A stretch of DNA of 10,586 nt from Octopus sinensis (lineage: Eukaryota). The DNA lies in assembly GCF_006345805.1 (NCBI RefSeq), contig NW_021827322.1, forward strand, positions 1 through 10,586, written 5' to 3'. Positions 1 to 8,133 of the stretch are shown here, one piece after another. The first letter of the stretch is position 1, and every line of letters begins with the position of its first letter. A model generated the notes under the pieces. The model had not been told where the DNA came from and ran no database searches. It was given only the letters and a program-made list of their open reading frames with translations. The translations under genes were made by a program, and so were the position numbers.

Positions 1-219
1 GATTTAGTTCACAGGTAATCTAAACAATTAGGTACGCTAGGTAAGTGATGTAACGGATTACTAGGGCTCCAAGGTGATCGCCGAGACAGTAGTCATGAAG
101 CCACTGCATACTCTGGAATATCTCAGAAACAACTGTAAGACTTGTATGTATATTTATATGTGTGTATAATTATGAAGTAGTGCGATCCAACATGATCAAT
201 ATACAGACGGTTGGTTAGC

Positions 220-428
220 CTCTCTCCCTCTCTCCTCTCTCTCCTCTCTCTCTCTATATATATATATATTTATTACATATAATATTAATATACATTATTA
301 TATATATATATATTCAGATATGTACATATATGTATGTATATAGATAATCTAAGTATACATATATATATATATAATATATTAGATATATATATGTATATAT
401 ACTATATAATGTATGATGTATATATATA

Positions 429-490
<62 letters not shown>
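220..490. repeat. Compound (CT)n then (TA)n microsatellite / AT-rich low complexity
   Basis: (CT)n at about 220-255, degenerate TA tract at 255-430, near-pure (AT)n at about 431-482. Confidence 0.95.
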
Positions 491-960
491 AACATATGGT
501 AACTAGCAGTTAACTTTTCTAATTCATTGTTTTGATGGATGCTTGTTGAAATGTCGGACCATGTGGCTGGTCGTCTAATTTAATGCTTTTATAATCTTTA
601 TTTCACGTTATTAACCTTTGAAGATGAGGTTAATTAATAACCCGAATAATTATAATTTTATTAACAATAACTCCTCGCAGACACAAAGGCTGTTAAATTT
701 AGGAGTTGTTATTCTACTGACATACGAAATTATTTCTGTACGTCCGGAGATTTATGGAAGATAAAAATACAGCTTATATTAAATAAATCTAATAGTTATG
801 TACTGACTTACATATTTGTTTATTGATCCGACGCCTCTAGTCTTGCTTCGCACATATTTTCATGGATTTATTAAAAGCTTTTATTTCACAAACGAATGCA
901 AATTGAAAGATTTCGTTTGTCGGTTCCATGCCCTTAGTGCTTATGTGTTATAATATTATT

Positions 961-1178
961 GTTTTTTAAATTTGGCTCAAGGCAAGTAATTACCAGGGCG
1001 GGGATGAGGTTTAATCGATTATATCGACTCCAGTACTCAACTGGTATTTATTTTATCGAACCCCGAAAGGATCAAAGGCAAAGTCGACCTCGGCGGAAAC
1101 TGAACTCAGAATTAAAGACAGATGAAATGCCGTTGAGCAATTTGCCCGGTGTGTTAACGATTCTGCCAGCTCACTGCC
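961..1178 (-). mobile_element. tRNA-derived SINE, family A (tail type 3)
   Basis: Minus strand starts GGCAGTGAGCTGGCAGAATCGTTAAC and has a B-box-like CTGAGTTCAG, the core TTTGCCTTTGATCCTTTCGGGGTTCGATAAAATAAATACCAG and a tail ...TTGCCTTGAGCCAAATTT. Alignable to the copies at 2318 and 7797. Confidence 0.9.
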
Positions 1179-1227
<49 letters not shown>

Positions 1228-1231
1228 TAAC

Positions 1232-1279
<48 letters not shown>
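1179..1279. repeat. (TAA)n microsatellite, the expanded (ATT)n 3' tail of the SINE at 1280-1490
   Basis: About 33 TAA units with two CAA interruptions, directly abutting the SINE 3' end (GAGTAGAAAGG-ATTATT on minus). Confidence 0.95.
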
Positions 1280-1490
1280 CCTTTCTACTCTAGGCGCAAG
1301 GCCTGAAATTTTGGGGAAGGGGGCCAGGCGATTAAATCGACCTTAATACGCAAATGATGCATAATTTATCGACCCCGAAAGGATGAAAGGGAAGGTCGAC
1401 CTCGGTGGAATTTGAACTCAGAACGTAAAGACGGACGAAATGCCGCTAAGCATTTTGTCAGGTGTGCTAACGATTCTGCTAGCTCGCCGC
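1280..1490 (-). mobile_element. tRNA-derived SINE, family A (tail type 2)
   Basis: Minus strand reads GCGGCGAGCTAGCAGAATCGTTAGCAC...TTCTGAGTTCAAATTCC...CCTTTCATCCTTTCGGGGTCGATAAAT...TTTCAGGCCTTGCGCCTAGAGTAGAAAGG. Confidence 0.92.
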
Positions 1491-1497
1491 TTTCAAA

Positions 1498-1538
<41 letters not shown>

Positions 1539-1551
1539 CAACAACAACAAC
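1498..1551. repeat. (AAT)n(AAC)n microsatellite between two divergent SINEs
   Basis: Read directly from the sequence. Confidence 0.95.
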
Positions 1552-1566
1552 TTTAAGAGGGCTGTG

Positions 1567-1790
1567 AAGTAGGTGAGCTGGCAGAATCGTTAGCACGCCG
1601 GGGAAAATGCTTAGTCGAAATCCTTCTTTACGCACGGGGTTCAAATTCAGCTGAAGTCGGCTTTGCCTTTCATTCTTTCTGAATCAATAAAATAAGTTCC
1701 AGTGGAACTCAGGGATCAATGAAATCGACTTAGCCCCTCCCCTAAAATTGCTGGCCTTGTGCCAAAAGTTGAAAACACTTTTATTATTAT
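1567..1790 (+). mobile_element. tRNA-derived SINE, family A (tail type 3), diverged
   Basis: GGTGAGCTGGCAGAATCGTTAGCACGCCGGG head, GGTTCAAATTC B-box, diverged core, tail AATTGCTGGCCTTGTGCCAAAAGTTGAAAAC, then TTATTATTAT. Confidence 0.88.
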
Positions 1791-1809
1791 CCTCACCATC
1801 ATAATGAAC

Positions 1810-2000
1810 GCGAGCTGGTAAATCGTTTGAGCGTCGGAAAAAATACTAAGTAATTTTACATTCTGAGTTCAAATTGCACTAAGGTTACCTTTGTTTTTTT
1901 CATTCCTCCGAGTTTGTTGAAATAGAAATCTTATCTAGAATAGACTTACCCCTTCCCTCAAAATTTCAGACCTTGTTCTTAAAGAAACAATTATTAGTAT
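1810..2000 (+). mobile_element. Degenerate SINE family A (tail type 2-like)
   Basis: GCGAGCTGGTAAATCGTT head, TTCTGAGTTCAAATTG B-box, decayed core, tail CCCCTTCCCTCAAAATTTCAGACCTTGT. Confidence 0.75.
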
Positions 2001-2103
2001 CAGCAAAAAAGAGTATTGTGGTTTGCTTGAAGTAAATTATATAAATATTTAAAAAAAACAAAAACACCTTTATACACTGAAAATGTGAGGCAAAATATAT
2101 TAA

Positions 2104-2188
2104 GGTTATACTTGTCGAAGATTCCGCTCAGTGGGGATCGAACTCAGAACCTCATTGTAGGCAAAGGAAGTTCTTAAACACTTGGTCA
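2104..2188 (-). mobile_element. Old SINE family B-like head fragment
   Basis: B-box GAGTTCGATCCC on minus. Alignable to the neighbour at 2212-2296 and to the head at 5420-5494. Confidence 0.55.
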
Positions 2189-2211
2189 AAAAGTGTGATC
2201 ACAATATTTTG

Positions 2212-2296
2212 TAAAGAAGACCTGTTCAAGATGCCACGCAGTGACATCGAACTCAAACCTAGTCATCGACAAACGAATATCTTAGCCACTCAGTCA
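2212..2296 (-). mobile_element. Old SINE family B-like head fragment
   Basis: Minus strand TGACTGAGTGGCTAAGA...GAGTTCGATGTCACTGCGTGGCATCTTGAACAGGTCTTCT resembles the family B head plus the start of its CORE-like segment. Confidence 0.6.
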
Positions 2297-2317
2297 ATAA
2301 ATGTTACTACAGTGTAA

Positions 2318-2548
2318 GGCGGCGAGCTGGCAGAATCGTTAGCACGCCGGGCGAAATACTTAGCGGTGTTTCGTCTGCCGTTACCTTCTGAGTTCAAATT
2401 CCGCCTAGGTCGACTTTGCCTTTCATCCTTTCGGGGTCGATAAATTAAGTACCAGTTACGCAGTGGGGTCGATGTAATCGACTTAATCCCTTTGTCTGTC
2501 TTTGTTTGTCCCCTCTATGTCTAGCCCCTTGTGGGCAGTAAAGAAATA
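2318..2548 (+). mobile_element. Full-length young SINE family A (tail type 1)
   Basis: About 93% identical by hand count (about 16 differences in about 231 nt) to 7797-8027. Has the A-box-like GAGCTGGCAGAATCG and B-box GAGTTCAAATTCC, and ends GGCAGTAAAGAAATA. Confidence 0.95.
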
Positions 2549-2751
2549 AGAATCGTTTGCACGCCGGACGAAATGTTTAGCGGCATTTCGTCCGTCTTCG
2601 TGTTCTGAGTTCAAATGCCGACAAGGTTGACTTTATCTTTCATCCTTTCGGAGTCGATAAATTATGTACCAGTTGTGTACTGGGGTCGATGTTAATCGAC
2701 TTATTTTCCCCTCCCCCCGAAATTGCTGATATTTGTACCAACATTCGAAAC
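2549..2751 (+). mobile_element. Older SINE family A (tail type 3) lacking its first ~14 nt, fused head-to-tail to 2318-2548
   Basis: Starts AGAATCGTTTGCACGCCGG, has the B-box and core, and ends with tail AATTGCTGATATTTGTACCAACATTCGAAAC. Confidence 0.9.
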
Positions 2752-3260
2752 CAATAAATGCTTCTACAATGTGACGTAACGGAGCAGCTTCTTTTTCACG
2801 GTTTTTCTTCTTGAAAGCAACGTTTCGAAATAATGGCGGCGCAATTTCGAGATGAATTTCTTAACCGGGTTTCAATGCTTTTAAAGCAAGAACCAAAATT
2901 GAAAGAGTTGATGTCCACATAAGCATTTGCAAAGAAACTACGATAAATTGATAAACATTGCCAACGAAGAATCGAGAAGAGAAGCAAAAGAATGAAAGAG
3001 TCGTGAATGAGTTTCCACTGAATACACACGTAAGTAATACACGTTCTTACACGGACATAAGAGTTCTTTTGTTTGGATAGACTACGCTCGAGGTAAACAG
3101 CAACCACAACAACAAAAATAACATCAATTACAACAACAACTTAACACTATCATAAAATCGAAGCAGTAAGACGAGTTCAGTTATTGGATTAATTCGTGGT
3201 CCAAATGTATGACTCCCCACAAATTCTTTTTGATGCCGTTCAAAGCCTTTTATCTATTTA

Positions 3261-3653
3261 CTAGCAGTATCGCCCGGCGTTGCTCGGGTTTGTTTCGACC
3301 CTTTAGAATTAGAATTTTTGAAAAGTAAAAATTTTTCATTATGTAGCTTGTTTATTCTCTTTAGGTGAACATTTTTCTGGTTGAAATACACCGAAAAATG
3401 GTGACCCAGCAGTCAAAAAATCGTAAAAAATAGGAATTTTCATTGAAAAAAATCACCTTTTTGATGTAAATAATTTCTGATCTTAACATTGTCCGATTTG
3501 AATTTGTTCTTCTACGGAAGGAAGAGCAAGCTTTCTTCTATCATACTCTCAATTTTGGCCAACTTGCGCTGCAGGGTCTCGGAGGAGATAGTGTTAGTTG
3601 AAGGATACCAAACCTGCCATACACAGACAACTTCAGCTTTATATAGAGAGAGA
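3261..3653 (-). mobile_element. Non-autonomous Helitron (393 bp)
   Basis: On minus the 5' end is TCTCTCTCTATATA (from 3653) and the 3' end is CTAG (3264-3261). A GC hairpin (plus strand CCCGGCGTTGCTCGGG, 3273-3288) lies 8 nt from the CTAG. The flanks give an A|T target with no TSD. These are the canonical Helitron termini. Confidence 0.85.
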
Positions 3654-3830
3654 TCTCTTGGCTGTGTGGTGTGGAGTGGTAAGAAGCTTGCTTTCTGACT
3701 GTGTGAGCAGAGGTTCAGTTCCACAGCACAGCACCTTGGGTTAGTGTTTCCCGCTACAGCTCTTGGCCGGCAAAAGAATTTTGAATCCTTGTGAATAAAT
3801 TTGGTAGACGGAAATTGAAAGAAACCCGTC

Positions 3831-3862
3831 ATGTATGTTTTTGTGTGAGTATGTGTGTGAAT

Positions 3863-3899
<37 letters not shown>

Positions 3900-3921
3900 C
3901 GTGTGTGTGTGTGTGTGTGTG
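3831..3921. repeat. (GT)n microsatellite
   Basis: Read directly; lies inside the family B copy. Confidence 0.95.
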
Positions 3922-4035
3922 AGTTCTTTAATACTCGGCGTCGTGTAGAGAGCTTTCCTCCAGACGCTATACGGCAGCAAATAGGCATTTAAACAAAATA
4001 CATACACTAAGTAAGTACGACCGATAATTCAAAAT

Positions 4036-4105
4036 ATCTATCTATCTATTCTATTCTATCTGTGTCCTGTCTATCTATCTGTCTATCCTTCTATCTATCT
4101 ATCTG

Positions 4106-4140
<35 letters not shown>

Positions 4141-4160
4141 CTCTATCTGTCTGTCTGTCT
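4036..4160. repeat. (TATC)n/(TGTC)n tetranucleotide repeat
   Basis: Read directly from the sequence. Confidence 0.95.
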
Positions 4161-4257
4161 TAGCTAAACAAAGCTTAGCTACTGCTCTCCTCCCCCTCTC
4201 CCGTCATGGCCGCAGTCCAATGGAACAAATAAAAGATAAAAAGATATCGACAGTTCC

Positions 4258-4677
4258 AACCACCATCACCACCACTACCGATGCCACCACCACCACCACC
4301 ACCATCATCATCAACGCTACTACTACACCCATCACTACCGCCATCACTTCTGCTACCACCACCATCATCATCACCATCACCATCACCACCACTACCACTA
4401 CCACCGTCATTACCACCATCGTCGCCGCCACCTGTCACCACTACCGCCACCACTACTACCATCATCACTATACCACCACCACCACCACCGCCACCAAAAC
4501 CACTACCACCACCACCACTACCACCACCACCACCACCACCACCACTACCACCACCACCACCACCACCACCACCGTCATTACCACCATCATCGCCGCCACT
4601 ACCGCCGCCACTACCGCCGCCACCTCTGTCACCACTACTACCACCACCTCCACCACCACCACCGCCGCCGCCGCCGC
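4258..4677. repeat. Compound (CAC/CAT/TAC/CGC)n trinucleotide low-complexity tract
   Basis: Read directly. It explains the poly-T, poly-P, poly-V and poly-G ORFs in this interval. Confidence 0.95.
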
Positions 4678-5019
4678 ATGAAAAGCCAACTATCTCTTAT
4701 AATTTGCATCGATTTCTGAGAAAACGGGTTTTATACATTGCTGTCCATTACGGAAGTTCCGTTCGCCCCTTTTTCTTTTTCGTCTCTGAAAACCAACCGC
4801 AAACTGCAATCGCGTAAACTGGATACTGTGTAGCGTTACAATGGTGTCTCCTTCTTTAAACAGTTTTCAATAGATGTGTAGTTGCGTAAATTGAATTCCC
4901 CAAATAAAGGATGCAGATATCGATCTCGTGATGTGGGTTTGGAGATGATGAGTTAAAGAAAATCCAGAGAAATCCTACTCAGTAGAATCTTTTTTTTTTG
5001 TCTCTTATATTTCATGTGT

Positions 5020-5494
5020 CCTCATTTTACCGCGCTTCGGTTGCTGGTTTGCAGTCATGCTGGGGCACCGCCTTGAAGGGTCGACCCCAAATCGACCCCA
5101 GGACTTATTGTTTTAAATCTTCGTACTTAATCTCGTATAGCGCTATTTTGCCGAATTGCTGGGTTAAAGAGACGTAAACAAACAAACCCCGGTTGTCAAG
5201 CGGTAGTGGTGGGACAAACACACACAAACACACACATAGAGATATCCATACAACATATATTTACATACATACACACACACAGATATATACGTGCATTTGC
5301 ATATATAAATACACACACATATATCATCATATATACATAAACGGCGAGCTTCTTTCAGTTTCCGTCTACCAAATCCATTCACAAGCTTTGGTCGGCTCGA
5401 GGCTACAATAGGAGACACTTGTCCAAGGTGTCATATAATGGGACTGAACCCGGAACCACGTGGTTGGGAAGCAAGTTTCTTACCACACAGCCAC
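5020..5494 (-). mobile_element. SINE family B, near full length
   Basis: Minus strand reads GTGGCTGTGTGGTAAGAAACTTGCTTCCCAACCACGTGGTTCCGGGTTCAGTCCC...ACCTTGGACAAGTGTCTCC...GGATTTGGTAGACGGAAACTGAAAGAAGCTCGCCG, then a (GT/AT) tract, then the 3' module GTCCTGGGGTCGATTTG...AAGGCGGTGCCCCAGCATG. Colinear with 8134-8505. Confidence 0.92.
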
Positions 5495-5519
5495 TTACCT
5501 TTAATCTTGTCAGATGTTG

Positions 5520-5700
5520 GTGGTGTACGTCGGAATACAGTACAACATTGCCGAATGTATCCTTTCGAATTTGAAGACGATAGGGAGTCATTCGTGTGCA
5601 TTCACATGCTCACTCGCGTGTGTGGTGAGGCTGACTATGGCTGTTTTCTTCTAGCACGTCGAATGACCATCTTGAGTCTCTCTCGTTGGCTCATCTGCTG
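5520..5700 (-). repeat. Possible fragment of an old dispersed repeat (family C)
   Basis: Minus-strand ATGGTCATTCGACGTGCTAGAAGAAAACAGCCATA (about 5635-5670) aligns at roughly 70% to plus-strand ATAGTCCCTCGATAGGCAAGAAATAACAGCCATA (about 6920-6955). Boundaries are uncertain. Confidence 0.4.
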
Positions 5701-6111
5701 AGTTTTTCACTCACAGTGATTAGCGGTTTCCTTTCAACAACCCTTGGCGTACAAGACTTCTTCGTTGGCCTCTCCGCTCAACGTCGCCGCCAGACGACAG
5801 CGTCTCATTGCTTGCTAAGCTAATGTGTTTGATATTTTCTTCTTTGATTTCAGGAACGAAGGCTCGGAGAGTCTTGCATGGGTTTTTGCTCTGTTTACTG
5901 ATACGAATTCTATTTTATTTCGTGTGAATTATATAGTAAACCTATGCAGCGATAATTAATTTGTTAGACTGAATTTTTTAATTGAAGGCTATTAACGTTT
6001 TCGGATTTTTTTGTTTTTTTTTATTTTTAATTTTTCTTAATTATATAATTTCCAAATTATCAATATGTTGGGTTTAAAAAATTACTAATAAAGCTTTTGG
6101 CAGGTCGTCAT

Positions 6112-6419
6112 CCTCATGGTCATCGTAATTACCATTCTCATCAGGCATGATCGTTAACACCGCCCTCCTCCTCCTTCTCCTCTTTCTCACCACCACCACC
6201 ACCACCACCATCACCACGTTTATTCTCCTCCTTCTCATAATCAGTGTTACACCACCACCACCACCACCACCACCATCATCATCATCATTGTCGTCGTCGT
6301 CGTCATCGCCATCACCACCACCATTAACAACACCTCGTGGTCGTCGCCGCCACCACCACCACCACCACTACCACCATCACCACCAATACCACCAATAACA
6401 CCACTACCATCAAAATCAA

Positions 6420-6457
<38 letters not shown>

Positions 6458-6600
6458 CCATCATCAACATCATCGTCGTCACCATTACCAACGACCCAGC
6501 GTTGTTGCCACCACCATCACGCAACCACCACTAACCACTACCTCCACCACCAACACCGCCACCCCCTCCTCCTCCTCCTCCTCATCATCATCATCATCAT
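6112..6600. repeat. Compound (CAC/CAT/CTC)n trinucleotide tract
   Basis: Read directly from the sequence. Confidence 0.95.
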
Positions 6601-6658
6601 TGTAAATTATTTGTTAATCAATTTCATGCAAATATTATAAAGCCAATTGCTTGTATCC

Positions 6659-6725
6659 GTCATCATCATCATCATCATGATCATCATCATCATCATCACC
6701 ACTACCATCACCACCACCAACATCG

Positions 6726-6760
<35 letters not shown>

Positions 6761-6783
6761 GTCATCATCATCATCATCATCAT
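6659..6783. repeat. (ATC)n microsatellite
   Basis: Read directly from the sequence. Confidence 0.95.
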
Positions 6784-6899
6784 TTATGCATTTGTTTATT
6801 TACAAAATCACTCATGTATCGATCCATGAATAATTAGATAGACGTATTTGCTTGATAATTGTACCCAGCCCCAACTAATCGATCATACCACCTAATCGA

Positions 6900-6990
6900 T
6901 CCAGTGAGAGAAGTTTCTACATAGTCCCTCGATAGGCAAGAAATAACAGCCATATATCCCTCGGATAAAACCGTATGATATATTAGATTG
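6900..6990 (+). repeat. Possible second fragment of family C
   Basis: Similarity to the 5635-5670 minus-strand segment only. Confidence 0.35.
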
Positions 6991-7000
6991 TATTTTTTAA

Positions 7001-7152
7001 AAGCCTAGTACTTATTCTATCGTTCTGTTTCGCCGAACCGCTAGGTTACGGGAGCGTAAACACACCGACACTGGTTATTAAGCGGTTTGGGGGGACGAAC
7101 ACGAACACACACACACATACACACACACACACACAGACACTCACACGCACAC
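7001..7152 (-). mobile_element. 3' module of a minus-strand family B SINE
   Basis: AAGCCTAGTACTTATTCTATCG...CGCTAGGTTACGGGAGCGTAAACACACC...GGGGGACGAACAC plus a (CA)n tract is the reverse complement of about 8310-8410. Confidence 0.85.
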
Positions 7153-7306
7153 AGCTGAGTGGTAAAAAGCTCGCTTCTCAACCACATGGTTCCGTGTTCA
7201 GTCCTACTGCGTGACATCTTTGGCAAGTGTCTTCTACTATAGCCTCAGGCCGACCAAAGCCTTGCGAGTGGATTTGGTAGACGGAAACTGAAAGAAGATC
7301 GTCGTA
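7153..7306 (+). mobile_element. 5' half of a family B SINE (head, CORE-like segment, GGTAGACGGAAACTG segment)
   Basis: GCTGAGTGGTAAAAAGCTCGCTTCTCAACCACATGGTTCCGTGTTCAGTCC...GGCAAGTGTCTTCTACTATAGCCTCAGGCCGACCAAAGCC...GGTAGACGGAAACTGAAAGAAG. Confidence 0.92.
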
Positions 7307-7310
7307 TTAC

Positions 7311-7318
<8 letters not shown>

Positions 7319-7366
<48 letters not shown>
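7319..7366. repeat. (TA)24 microsatellite
   Basis: Read directly from the sequence. Confidence 0.97.
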
Positions 7367-7368
<2 letters not shown>

Positions 7369-7435
7369 CGGGCTTCCATATGGTTTCCGTCGACTAAAAT
7401 TCATCATGAACAGCATCAGTTATTGATCGATTCGG
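7366..7435 (-). mobile_element. Diverged minus-strand family B middle segment
   Basis: GACGGGCTTCCATATGGTTTCCGTCGACTAAAATTC is a diverged reverse complement of GGATTTGGTAGACGGAAACTGAAAGTAGCCCGTC. Confidence 0.7.
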
Positions 7436-7482
7436 GTCATTTCTTCCTCGATTTCCCCACCACTCCAACACACTTATATAAT

Positions 7483-7625
7483 CTTCTTTTCTACTCTAGG
7501 CATAAGGCCCGAAATTTTAGGGGAGGGGGGCAGTATGCAACTCCTGCTTAATTTATCGACTCCGAAAGGAGGAAAAGCAAAGTCGACTTCGGCGGAATTT
7601 GAACTCAGAACGTAAGGACATACTT
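7483..7625 (-). mobile_element. 5'-truncated, internally deleted SINE family A (tail type 2)
   Basis: CTTTTCTACTCTAGGCATAAGGCCCGAAATTTT...AATTTATCGACTCCGAAAGG...GGAATTTGAACTCAGAACGTA. Lacks about 20 nt of core relative to 1280-1490. Confidence 0.88.
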
Positions 7626-7796
7626 AAATATCTTGATCCAACAAAAGATAATTCTTCATCGTCGCTCGACCCGTGATCCACAAAGAGTAAAGGATGAAGC
7701 CATGGTCATACGTTGCTATGGAAATTTTCGTTGCATCTTGCAACCTTTTCAATAGTCTTGACCGGTGAGTGTGTTAAATTATAAGGCACAAAAAGA

Positions 7797-8027
7797 GGCG
7801 GCGAACTGGCAGACTTGTTAGCGCGCCGGGCGAAATGCTTAGCGGTATTTCGTCTGTCGTTACGTTCTGAGTTCAAATTCCGCCGAGGTCGACTTTGCCT
7901 TTTATCCTTTCGGGGTCGATAAATAAAGTACCAGTTACGCAGTGGGGTTGATGTAATCGACTTAATCCCTTTGTCTGTCCTTGTTTGTCCCCTCTATGTT
8001 TAACCCCTTGTTGGCAGTAAAGAAATA
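7797..8027 (+). mobile_element. Full-length SINE family A (tail type 1) with perfect 17-bp TSD
   Basis: TATAAGGCACAAAAAGA occurs at 7780-7796 and 8028-8044, exactly flanking the 231-bp element. Confidence 0.97.
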
Positions 8028-8133
8028 TATAAGGCACAAAAAGAAAATGATTCTCTCCAGACACAACAGAATATGCTTCAAAACACGAACTGACATAAAG
8101 AATCTGCAAACCAAATCCAAAAACGAAATATCT

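Larger units (their letters stand above)
3660..4247 (+). mobile_element. Diverged SINE family B (CORE-like) with expanded internal microsatellites
   Basis: Head GGCTGTGTGG...GGTAAGAAGCTTGC...GGTTCAGTTCC, CORE-like CACCTTGGG, the segment TTTGGTAGACGGAAATTGAAAGAAACCCGTC (to about 3830), then repeats. The terminal remnant CATGGCCGCAGTC...AAATAAAAGATAAAAAGA (4205-4247) matches the end of the 8134 copy. Confidence 0.75.

Noticed and set aside
1-46. Three AG|GT sites (14/15, 31/32, 40/41) suggesting a micro-exon 15-40
   Set aside because: All three frames of 15-40 contain stops, and an upstream exon cannot be judged at the window edge.
607-712. AT-rich inverted repeats (TTAACCT/AGGTTAA; AACTCCT/AGGAGTT)
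   Set aside because: Arms of 7-8 bp are expected by chance at this AT content.
959-1644. Poly-Asn and poly-Ile ORFs
   Set aside because: SINE bodies joined by (AAT)n microsatellites.
961-2751. CRISPR-like recurring repeats
   Set aside because: The recurring words are SINE copies on both strands with irregular spacing in eukaryotic DNA, not a direct repeat-spacer array.
2796-3107. 103-aa minus-strand ORF
   Set aside because: No recognisable motif. It is the antisense of a purine-rich stretch, and the plus strand has the better gene-like signals.
3489-4007. ORFs of 69-158 aa with HT repeats
   Set aside because: They span Helitron, SINE and (GT)n sequence.
4175-4817. Thr-, Pro-, Val- and Gly-rich ORFs (mucin- or extensin-like), 73-178 aa
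   Set aside because: These are translations of one stop-free (CAC)n tract in several frames and both strands. The N-terminus MEQIKDKKI comes from a SINE tail remnant.
5493-5500. Perfect minus-strand donor AG|GTAAGT
   Set aside because: It overlaps the SINE B 5' boundary, and the upstream sequence is probably decayed repeat with no supported exon.
6105-6144. Second CUGAUGA on minus followed by an AUGGU/ACCAU stem
   Set aside because: It is followed by GAGGA rather than GAAA and sits in low-complexity DNA, so it is likely chance.
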